Source of the DNA: Catajapyx aquilonaris
Taxonomy: Eukaryota
DNA: 64,000 nt
Direction of reading: 5' to 3'
Assembly (NCBI GenBank): GCA_000934665.2
Contig: KZ538054.1
Span: 62,001 to 126,000, forward strand
In this document: positions 1 through 29,389 of the stretch, piece after piece
How the letters are laid out: the number at the start of each line of letters is the position of its first letter
Numbering within the stretch: the first letter of the stretch is position 1
Notes under the pieces: generated by a model
Told to the model about the DNA's origin: nothing
Databases searched by the model: none
Seen by the model: the letters and a program-made list of their open reading frames with translations, nothing else
Translations under genes and position numbers: made by a program

Positions 1-3000
1 CTTGCGGAACTTTCCTCTCTTGGCAGTAGCTGGAAAGGGCCGAAAAGATATCTGCTTCATCAATGCTCCTCTGCTTTCCAATCCACACACACTCGCACAC
101 TCCAGAGGACACTTTCACATGCGTGGCTTGCCCTGTAATCATTGCAAGGCTGTACAACTCATGTAGATTGAGTTAAAGTATTACACAGTATTATTAGTGG
201 CATTTGTGTGTTTCCATGGATTCAGCCAACCGCGGATGAAAAATATTGGCAGAAAAGAAAACCTGGCCTTTTTGACTTGACATGCCCACATCTGCCTCCA
301 ATAACCTCTCACCTTTGCGTAATAAAAGCCGGAGATCCTCGATGCCTTTCAGTGGAATGGCAAACAGTCGGACGGTTTCAGTACTAAAACTCAGGTTCCA
401 AGAGTAGTTTTTTCCTTTGACATATCCTCCTCTCTTCCCAACACAGAGGATGGTTGCTTCTTCATTGCTCAGATTCAAGGAAGTGTCCGGACCACGGAGG
501 AAGTAGTATAACTTCCACATTTGTACTTCCTATATGAATGCAGCAGAATATTATTTTATCTGTACTACTATCACTACTACATATCACGTTGATTTGGTCT
601 AATTACGCTGATATTATTGTCGAGTGTCATATCTTTGTACATTTCCAATAAAATAATAAAAATTTCTCATATTATAATCTTCACTTCTTAATAAATTATT
701 GAAATCAGATCCTCACCAGGTAGTTCAAGGCATCTTCAGGCACTGATTGGTAGGTGGATCTCATTTCTTCAATAATCTTTCGAGAGACCACTGACCGATA
801 GCTTCCAACCCAAACTCCAGTCAACTTTTTCTTTTCTATGCCGGCATACACCTTCAATCCTATGCAGAAAATTTCAAATTAATTGCCCTTTATTATCGAG
901 AGATTGGTATATATACGTAATAAAAGTAGCTCCTGCCGGTACATGTATGGAGTATATTAATCATATTAATTCACAAAAACATGTCTTATATTTTATCACG
1001 TACCGCATTTAAGGAAGAGTCGCATATCAAGTGGTCCAAGTGGAATGGAGTAGATGTAGACCTGCTTGGAGGAAAAGGTCAGGGCAGATCCTCCAATGAT
1101 CTGGACAGTGCCAGTCTTCTTGCTGACAGAGGTCAGCTTACCCGTTTCTCTGCCACATTCAGCGCCATCCTTGGAGTTACCAGAAATCATTGCTGCTTTC
1201 TTTTCCAACAACAAAGACACTGCGGCTGTAATACAGTTTGGGCTCGAGTTTTCTATACGTTCAGGCACACTGAAGAGGCTGGAACGTTCTTTCTGGAGAA
1301 ATAAAGTCAAGTGTAGGCGTGAATAAGTGATCTTTATATTAGCTGGTCATTGAGGCATTTACTCATGCTAATATTGTATGCAGCGAATATGAAATACTGC
1401 AAGTTGTCTATGTGCATAGGAGAAAAGTGTGATTATATTATACGCCTTTATCCAGTAGTAACTTACCAGAGCGTCCATGACGTGGTCCTTCGCATCATAT
1501 TTTTCAGCATATGCGCTGAGCCTCTTTTCAACCTTGCTTCCTCTACAATTTCCTAGATGAATTTCAATGGACCCACCCTTCATCTCTTTCACCTTTACCT
1601 GCTGACCTGGACGAAAACAGCTATTTCCATGATCCATTTTTATATTGCCAATTGGTGCATTATTCATGTTGTCATACCTATTCTGAACACCTCCTCCAGC
1701 ATTAATCCTACCAAAGGGATTCCAAAAAGGAAGGCCATGAAGCAGTCATTGGATGTTAAATCCTTGATACTCTGATTCGGGTACTCCAAAGTGATGCCGC
1801 CATCTCTCATATCCTTTATAACCACCCCGATCTCAGAGCTCCTGATGGCCAACTGACTTACGGAGGTAGTGGGTGTGGAAGTGCACTTGTGGCACTGATC
1901 TTCTGTGGTTTTAACTCTCTTTGCAGCTTTTGTCATCTGGGAAAAAGAAAACGGTTGCATTTGATTATACTTGTATTCCTCTGAATGTAATATTCATTGC
2001 TTTTAATGCATAAAATTTTACTTCTAGTCAATTATGCATTGATATAATTCGGGCAGCAGATTTATTGGGTAAAACTCCAGTGCCACCCTATATTTTGTTT
2101 CTTTATTCATATTACTTGCATTTTATAGTAATTTCAGCAGATTATATGAAAATTTGTTGAATGGTTGGCACATTCAGGAAAAATTAAATTAATACGCGCC
2201 CGTAAATTCCATGATTCACAAAACTATGCTCTCAAAAACTATGCAAGGTACCAGTTCTTTCCTTGCTGCGTGATTGACTCTTTCATCACACCATTCATTA
2301 AGCAGGCGAATGCCACATTCACAATTGCAGTCTTTGATGGGACCTGCATCTACTATTACTCCATCATTTTCATCTCGAGACACTGCAACTATATCACCTG
2401 CAAAATGCATCAGATTAGAATAAAATCACAGCTATTAACATTTGTACTGTGACAGTCCAACTAACTCGCCTGGTTTGATATATTCTGTAAGGTTAAGTCC
2501 ATGCGTTTCAATGCCACATATGAACACGTGGTTCTTGTTAACTTGGGACACAGAGTTGCCACACTCTACCTGGAGCTTCTTTTTACCCACACTGACAACC
2601 TTTGCCTCTTTGAATGCATCGTCATGGATCCATGGACAGACATAATGTGATATGCTGAAAAATCGCCAAAATATATGTGACTCATGATGATTGATTGCTG
2701 CGAATTAAATTGTAGCCTACCTTTTGGAAATGGCAATCTGCTCTTCTTTATGATTGTTGCCTGGATTTGGTGAAGTCGAGACCTGGTCCCCCTGAGCCAA
2801 GTTAATCCTTTTGGCCATATGTGACCCAATCCTGGCCAACACCACATCCCAAGATTTGTCCAAAGGCAGTGGGCATTTGTCCCAGCAGGGAGGCTTTACC
2901 CATACCTCCAGGCAATCATCAACTTTGAGCAAAGGCTGCAACAAGGAAGCCACATTTTCTCCCCACCAAAAGACAGGAGGATAGTTCATAACTGCCAGTA

Positions 3001-3640
3001 ATCCAGTGGTCATCCTGACTAGGACCAATTCATTTTTGCGACCCACGACTGTTGCAGACCCGTGGGAAATAGGGTAATGTGTTTTTTGGAACTTCAATTT
3101 GATAGCTTCCTTTTCTTCAGGAGTGAGGGTGTTCGGTACGGTTGGAAACGACACGAGAGCAGTATGGAAGCTGGATGAGTGAGAGGGGATCCAACGAACT
3201 GACTTGGTGCACCACCGGTGACGTGGTAGAGTAACATCTAGTGATGCGTTGAACCAAACATACTGGCCAGGTAGGAAGGCTAAGTCATTTTCAGTCGCTG
3301 GGCGCCAGTGTAAATATGAATCATCCCATACCTTCACGGCCCTCACAAGAAAGTGCACCAAATCTGTGTGCAGAAGTGAAAGCATGAAGTACTATACATT
3401 AACATAATGCATAATTATCAGGATATACCCAAAGGATTTTTTGGCAGGTTTATAATGTCAATGCAATTTACTTAAGCAGGTAATTATTCTCATGAGAATA
3501 TTCTTACCTTTAAAATGTGGTATAATGATTGTCCCATGAGCGTTTGGATCCAGGAAAGAATCGGGGGCATATTTTATTCGCCCTATAGCATTGGTGAGCT
3601 GAATATCGTCTGACAACATGGCTTCCACGAGCTCCTCCAT
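1..3640 (-). CDS. Uncharacterised protein with >=6 tandem OB-fold/cold-shock-like repeats (3' end runs off the window)
   Basis: Phase-consistent exons: 3640-3508, 3363-2721, 2654-2470, 2397-2252, 1936-1678, 1606-1467, 1292-1004, 859-717, 529-313, 132-<1. Spliced product repeats a unit, e.g. ETGKLTSVSKKTGTVQIIGGSALTFSSKQVYIYSIPLGPLDMRLFLKCG|LKVYAGIEKKKLTGVWVGSYRS and EEATILCVGKRGGYVKGKNYSWNLSFSTETVRLFAIPLKGIEDLRLLLRKG|QATHVKVSSGVCECVWIGKQRSIDEADIFSALSSYCQERKVP. Start ATG at 3640 follows an acceptor near 3658, so an upstream exon is likely. The fold call is inference. Confidence 0.8.
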
Positions 3641-3899
3641 TGCCACTGGCCAAAATCCTGTAAACAGGCCACAATAATAAATTTTCATCACAAATACTTG
3701 AACCTTTGCAATAATCCCCACCAATCGAAACAAACCGGTAATAATGCTTCTATACAGTACGCTACTAACATATCTCTGGTACCAACTTCACATTTCTAAC
3801 TTGTGTAACGTCTCAGATGATTGTAAAGTGTCCCACCTCTGCTACACATAATATGTACATAACTCAAAAAATGTAAAGGATCGTCCTTCTTACGGCAAA

Positions 3900-4518
3900 T
3901 TTTTCGAAAGAATTCTGTGTGCAGACGACACAGACTTGACGAGAAAATGTCCCACTGTGCCTCCCTTGTCTCGCCGCAACAATAACGCCGTCTCCATGGA
4001 AAGGGAAGGTGACTTTCATGTCACAGCAGCCAGAGTAGCCAACACGACATGTCCGTTCAGGCGGCAACCCTGAATCACTGAATGTGGTGACACCCAGGTG
4101 ACACCCGTGGTGACACCAGAGTCCATCAAAGGCGACGAAGGTTCGAAAAGAAGGCGCCGCGGAGAGGGACCAATCAGCGCGAGGGTGATGACACGATGCA
4201 CTGGTGCAACACAGCGCTTTGATCCCATTGGTGGACACAAGCGCGCACCTTACGCATCGGCTGACCAGGCTGCCATCTGCAGCCAAATGAGTCCAAGTAG
4301 CGACTCCATCATGTGCTGCTCCGGAGTTGCATGACTATGTCCGAGTGAGGCCTGGAAGTGCGAAACACCGCGAGAGAAACGTTTCGCGCGAGTTGAGTTG
4401 TAGTACCGGCAGTGGAACGCACGTGACTGGCGACTGCATCTCCCCCGACACCGTGTGTGGCACTGCATTCGTAGGGAGGTTGTTAGCGGTCAGTCTGGGT
4501 GACTGAGACTGGCTGGAG
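3900..4518. promoter_or_regulatory. Putative bidirectional CpG-rich promoter between gene 1 (-) and DHX38 (+)
   Basis: Head-to-head start codons under 900 bp apart (3640 and 4519). The interval is GC/CpG-rich, with CCAAT (~4171), reverse ATTGG (~4227), CACGTG (~4420) and GGTGACACC x3 (4086-4117). Confidence 0.5.
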
Positions 4519-22981
<18,463 letters not shown>

Positions 22982-23776
22982 ATTATGCGCTTATGTTTTT
23001 GTTGAAACTAATAGTGCAACATCTGTCAATATTCATAGTGGGAAGGCATGCATCAAGTGTGAATGGTTCCTGACTATATGTTGGGACTGTGTCAATGTGC
23101 AATCATGAATGGATTTGCCAGTTATGACCAGGATGCCAATAGACAGTGAGTTATATCAAGCGCTCTTCTAAGGCTGGGCATGTAAGTTATTAGTGAATTA
23201 TTTGGGACTACAAATGTCTCAAGTCCATACCTGCCAAAAAAGTAAATTTAAAAATAATTTGATGACTCATTCCCAGTGCACTCCAACAATGCTCACTTGA
23301 ACTGAAGGCTTAGTAAACAAGTTTCTTACCAGGGCAGTACATAAGGACCTCTTTACCCTCCTTACCCTGTCACATTTGATGCAAATTGTTAGATGTGAAA
23401 TTTTTTTAAAATTCCAGTCTTTCTTCATTGACGTACAGTGCAATGTTAACTTCACAAACATCCCAGGACTGCCATAGGGGATGGCAAAGTTAAATTGATG
23501 CCTGAAGAGCCTCCCAGGTATTTGGGATGGCCTACGCAACTGTGCTATTGTGTCGGCCACTAAATTAACTAAACACTTGGAATTGTTATTGTTCCCAATT
23601 ATCACCAGGGCCTATAGGGACCAGTGTGGTGTCATTGCCATCTGGAGCCATCCTACCTAATGATAGACAACAATTATTGCAAGATTTCTGCCCCAATCCA
23701 CCCATCTTCTTTTTGCAACTTTTTTGAATGTGTTAATTTCCTAGTTTTTGGCTGCTTGTTGGTGATATTGTGATTA

Positions 23777-24358
23777 CAGTATAACTTCTATAAGTCGAAT
23801 CTCCATGGGACTGGAAAAAAACTTCGAGTTATAGAAGTTTGGATTTTTTAAAGCACATAACTCTATAAGGAAGCCTACCTTTATATCAAGCGACAAAAGG
23901 TGTTCAAAACATAATAATAACTGGCACTATCAACTTACAATGTTCCTCGTTGTTTTGTTGTAAAAAAATCTCCGTTATGGAAGTTAGCCAACTCTTAGAT
24001 TCAAGGATTCAATTGTCACAATCGAGTCAAACACTTCTTTCGGTACATCTGGTAGATGGAGATCAGGAAATTGAGCCTTTCTGTGCTTGTGGCCTACTCT
24101 CGACCCTTCGGCTGGGAAATGAGAAAATTTTCCGTACTCGCCAACATGAACTTCGACTTAAGGAGACTGAAAATGCATTGACATCCCATCGTAAGGCCCT
24201 GCTGGCACTTCGAGTTATGGAGAACTTCGAGTTATAGAAATTCGAGTTAGGGAAGTTTATTTCCTATTATTTTACGTTGTGACCAACCAAGTTCATCATT
24301 TTCTTCGACTTATACAGAACTTCGACTTAGGGAAGTTCGACTTATAGAAGTTTTACTG
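23777..24358. mobile_element. pogo/Tc1-mariner-type MITE
   Basis: TIRs CAGTATAACTTCTATAAGTCGAA / TTCGACTTATAGAAGTTTTACTG, TA on the left, and many subterminal ttcga(g/c)tta repeats. Confidence 0.8.
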
Positions 24359-25421
24359 CATTTATTTTCAGGTGGCTAGGATCATAAAGGCTGTACATGG
24401 CCAATTATTTCTTTTAGGTCAGCTTGCGTCATTGTAGATTTCACTAGACACTCCAGTAATACCATTGTTATTAACTGTTTCCCTACAGGTAAGAACAGTG
24501 GTAACTCAGGGGTTTCAGGGAAACTTGCATGATGCAACCCGGCCTTAGCATTCCACCACCTCAAGCCCATATTTGAAACATCTGAATTCATTAATTTCAA
24601 CATTTATTTTTTCTAGGGTGGCCAAAGGGCATTTTGGAAAGGAATTATCTTTATCATTAAAACCCAGAATTTCTTACCGTCTCACATGCACTGGGTTTGA
24701 GTCACAACTATGGGGGGAGGAAAGTATACCAGCACCTCTGTTGGATATTCAACTAAAAGTGCTGTGGCATCACAGCAAAGGAGTCCTTTTTTTTGTCATT
24801 CTTGATCCTTTGCATTTTTATTTAAAAACAAAGTAAATAAACTGCTGTTAATGTACCATCAGGTATGTGTCACTTGGCTTTCTTCAAATGTGACGTACCA
24901 TTTGGCACCATTAGACAAAAGTTTTTAACTTCTTTTCCCTTTCTGGGAATTGGGAAGTTTACCTTGATCTTCCTTATTTCGACAGGATGTCTTCATATTA
25001 TGCTGATTGTAATAATTGCAATGCTTGCATTTTGGGAGAATGGACATGACATTACCAAGAACGGCTAACACTTTTTTATAGATCTCTTGACATTACAAAT
25101 AAAATAATTTAAAATATTTGCTAAGCACGTACCATACCAAACTCAGTAAACTGATGTGGCTGGGTTGGATTTGTTATTAATTGTTGGTTAATGCAATATG
25201 GCCAGATTAGTTTTTGCCGAGTTTGGTTCTCCCCAACTGATAGATCTTTAAGACTAACCTTGTAAGACTAAAACTGCTCAGACCGCATAGACTGTTTTAC
25301 TATGCTAAACATTAGCCATAAACCGTGTTTTCACATGCAAGCACCTTCATCATCCTGTGATTCAATGTTGCCAGTTGTATCGCTACACAACTTACAACTG
25401 CATTTTAAATATTAGCAAGTA

Positions 25422-25583
25422 CAGTGTTGGGCAGTAATCACGTAATACTGCTAGCGACATTTTCCGAAGTGGCCGAAGAACTAATCGAAGCAATGCATGG
25501 TGCAAGCCATGCAAGCAAGATTCGTTCTTCTGTCGCTTCGGAAAATGTCGCTAGCAGTATGACGCGATTAATGTCCAACACTA
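25422..25583. mobile_element. Short palindromic MITE
   Basis: ~65-bp arms cagtgttgggcagtaatcacgtaatactgctagcgacattttccgaag and cttcggaaaatgtcgctagcagtatgacgcgattaatgtccaacacta, flanked by TA. Confidence 0.75.
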
Positions 25584-25609
25584 TACCCATTTCAAAACAC
25601 TGAAATTCC

Positions 25610-28600
25610 TTAATGCAGTTTCAGCTCTTGCTGGAATCTTTCCACCAGCATGTTGGCTCTTTTCAAGCTTGAAACCAACTTGCGGAGAAGTAGGGAATTC
25701 GTCAAGTGTGTGCTCAGTTCTACTTCCATCGGCCTCCCTTTTGACCTCCACCTGTACAATTCAGAAGTCAGAGCAATCCACTGAGCAACTGGTATTTGCT
25801 TCTTCCTACTGCTTGCAGCGTTGTCAACTGTGACTGCTTCTGCACCTTCAGTGTTGAGAGGTATGTTCCGGAACTGTTCAAGAGCGATTTTACAGCCGAT
25901 TTGCCATGGTGAGTAGGGTGATGACCGAGGTAGTGACTCATTATGCATTGACTCCTTCCTGCGTTTTTGTAGTCTCTGTTGCGCTCTAAGCTCCTGCAAA
26001 ACCAGCATGTCTTGAACCCATGTTACATCCCTTTACACAAATATTTACTGATTGTAGATGAAGCTGATTTAAATTTTGCACATATTTTCTTCTGTAGCCT
26101 AGGCTATATTTTCAATTTTCAACTTCAACATTTGCAATGCTGTGAGAGCTGTATCTAGCAGTGTAGCTTACACAAATGGTTTCTGTTACATGAGACAAGT
26201 GCATTAAAAATTCTGTCCTGGGATTGAGAAAAACTTCTACTGTATACATGTATGGACATGTTTCCTTGTACTGTATCTATGGTCCATGATAGACATATTT
26301 TGCTCTGTGATGATTAAATCTGAATGTCAGTAGGATGAGAGCTCATATTTGAACAATTGTTTTGTGTTAATTTATCGTTCAGCTCCTATTGCAGTGCTTC
26401 CCAATCTTTTTTGTTGGCGACCCCACTTCGAGTTCAACCCTACCCTCCCTCAGTGGTGATCAATGACAATCATCCCTAAAGTAACACTTCTTCTCGTTAA
26501 CAGGAATATTTTTCCAGAGAGATGAAATCATTTTGTAAAATTGCTACCCTCCCTCTCGACCGCAAATATTATGTTCGTGACCCCATTTGGGGTCACAACC
26601 CACAGTTAGGGAAGCCTTGTCCTATTGTAACATGCAAGGCCAGAGAGCATATGTTTCTGGCAGGTGAATAAGATGCCTTCCTGCTTTTTACGTATAGCAT
26701 GTGGTGGCAGTCAGTCAACTGCCAGAAACCACTCCAATTTCTCACCAGTTCTTCCACAATGAAGAAGGGGACCTTGTCTCTTGCACATATTGCTCTTAGG
26801 TTCTTCAACTGCTCAGTTCTGGAGATCATCTGAGGACCCTCTCCGACCCATGCCACTGTACTCCATCCTCTTCCAAACGTGCTCCCACCAGTGCCACTCT
26901 CCTTGGGTCTCCTCTCCATCTGGACAGACATCCCTTCTTTGAGCAGCCTCCTCAGGTCGATCCCCCCAGCAGGAATACCCATGAAGAGGAACTCATCCGA
27001 TTCAAAATGAACACACATCTTCTTGGATGCCACATGGATGGATCCACTCTGACGGGTGATGGATGCAAGGGTGCCCTGGTAGTAGTACCTGCTGTTATGG
27101 GAGTATGGAGGTTTGGGACTATCGGGTATGGGACTATCGGGTATAGGAGTGTTTCCGAAGTCGGAGTTGGGGTAGTGTTGGGGATAGAAGTAGGAGCGAG
27201 AATAGCGATGAGGAAGAGGGAGGGAGGGAGGATATTGGGGGTGGGAGTGATAGGATTTGGTTGGCCCCAAGAGAGAGCTGCTTGATGTGGATGGCGTTAT
27301 GGACACTGGTGTAGGTGGGAGCGGTGAGGACACACTTGAGGACGAAGTCTCTTCTGACTCAAGGGTGTCATCCAGGATCTTTTGAGCTTGGTGCACCTGA
27401 GGAAGCAACGAAGAGGATGATAGACCTGTAATATTTTTGCAACCTGAGGTGTGCTTGCATAACATGTAATTTCTTTTAGTGTTGACATTTTACACAGGAC
27501 TGACATTCATACAGAACATTAAAGCCATCTTACATTATGACTTTTTAGGAAGCTGCCACTGCCATTGATGAATCACAGTTCCTGGTTGATGATGGTGCAA
27601 CTTTGGCATATGCCATCAATAATAACAAAGAAACTGCCTAAGAACATCCTTGTACATTGCAAGAAAAATTGGGAACATTGCAAGAAATGAATTATTGATC
27701 CTTGGCAGTCTTACCAGCTGATTAATGACGTGTGAATTTAGCCCTTGCCCTCCAGCCCATGTCCTTATCTTCTGGATGGTTTCGTTCGTCGTCAGAGGAG
27801 AGGCATGTCCGAGGTACGTAGATATCATTGTACCGCGCATCACGGTGGCATGAAGAGTTACATTGCGGTCATCTGCTGGAGATCAAAATTATATTTGAAA
27901 GACTGGGCATGGTGGCATATGCTGTGTGACCTGACCTGCCTTGAGGATGGAATCAAGCTTGAGGCCGGTTAAGGGCATCCCCATGATGCAAACCTCGGAA
28001 GGAGCAAATTCGAAGTAGTGCTCTCCGAACTGGAGGATTCCCTCGTCTGGAAGCACATGCACCAGGAGCATCGGGTGGTTGTGGAGGGTGATCAGGCGCT
28101 TGGGCAGCGGTATTACCAGGATGCTGTAGGCACGCTCTTCCTGTTGATATTACAAGTTTGTTGATATTATGAAATACCCTGCACTGTTACAAGGTCACTT
28201 TATTATACCCTCTGCACTGTGTAATAAAAAAAGGCAACCCTTACGCAGTTACGCTGTATATTACAGCATATCATGTGAGTGTGTCTCCTTCACAAAATCC
28301 CACAGTGGAACGTGACCTTCTCAAACAAGTAATCTGATCATAAAATTACACAAATGCAGACCTGACAAAAAATGTAAAAAATATTGACATAAAACCTGCT
28401 CGACCTCTATATGGATTTATTGCCTTTCGCAGAATTTCTCACGCTACATAATGCCAAATTATTTTTTTTGCATGGCATTGTAGCTCTGCACTACATTCCC
28501 TGTGCTCTGGCACATTCAGTGCAATGAGTGACAGATATAGGCAAACCACATTTTCTATTCTTTCAATATTTTAAATTCAACCATTTGCGTCAGAATCAAT

Positions 28601-29389
28601 AATCACCATGTGAAGGTATTCAAGGGTGACTCAGCAATATTAGAATCATAATTCAACTAGACTCTATGCGTAAGTACCTTTGCAATCACTTCTTGCACAG
28701 GCCGTGCTGTTTCCAACATGTAGCACGCACTACTTATATTTTTTACGAAGCAGGAATCGACGACTTGATGACTGCAGGTTTTTGGTTCCGGTTTTACTGC
28801 CATGGAAGGGGAGTGTAGGCGTGAGGGTATCGATCACGTTAACTGAGGACGTTACACCATGCACTATGACCATCGAAAGCTCTACTGTGCACGCAGAGGG
28901 GGATCTTAATGCTAGCATTGCTGACACGTTTATTCAACATGATAGAGATTAATGAACTATCTAATTGCCCAGGCTGTTTACCAGTTCAGCCAAGGTGTCG
29001 TGGTCCATCCCCTTCCCGACGCACCAGAGTCGCATTTGCTTCAGCTGCTTCTTGTACCTGATTTTCCTGACTTTTCCGATATACGCAGACACAACACGCC
29101 TGTCCTGAACATCCACCATCGCCCACAGCCTGCCAACGAGGCCAACCATGGCAGTGTCCACGTCTCGAAGGGGAATACCCCAGAATCGCATCTGATAGTT
29201 CGACACCTTCACCGGCTGGGAGTCCAACATGACCACTCCGTGCGTGGGTACCACCGAAGCGAACATGCATCCTGAAAATAAGCGAACTTCAAGTACCGTT
29301 CTTGGAAAGTCTTCTGGCAACGTACTGTATGTCCCGTTCGGTAGGGTGATGGCTGTCCTTTCGCACATTTCTATGCATCTATCGCACAT
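25610..29389 (-). CDS. Uncharacterised protein with three OB/cold-shock-like repeats; paralog of the gene at 1-3640
   Basis: Exons 29389-29326, 29271-28982 (or read-through 29389-28982), 28140-27936, 27875/27872-27715, 27396-26746, 25993-25610; phases consistent. Repeat cores: MRFWGIPLRDVDTAMVGLVG..SAYIG..QMRLWC..TLAEL; VCIMGMPLTGLKLDSILKA..STYLG..IRTWA..VINQL; FLFMGIPAGGIDLRRLLKEG..VAWVG..LRAICARDKVPFFIVEEL. Confidence 0.8.
26392..26619. mobile_element. hAT-like MITE in the last intron of the paralog gene
   Basis: Ends cagtgcttccc / gggaagccttg; perfect 8-bp TSD tcctattg (26384-26391 and 26620-26627). Confidence 0.75.

Noticed and set aside
3864..4468. Several overlapping ORFs in the promoter interval
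   Set aside because: GC-rich chance ORFs on both strands with no recognisable motifs or supporting splice chain.
23777..24358. Recurring ttcgagttatagaa motif as a CRISPR-like array
   Set aside because: Eukaryotic context, irregular spacing, no cas genes; these are MITE subterminal repeats.
28730..28927. Extra exon in the paralog gene
   Set aside because: The phase-0 acceptors I checked hit stops quickly; 28982 splices cleanly to 28140.
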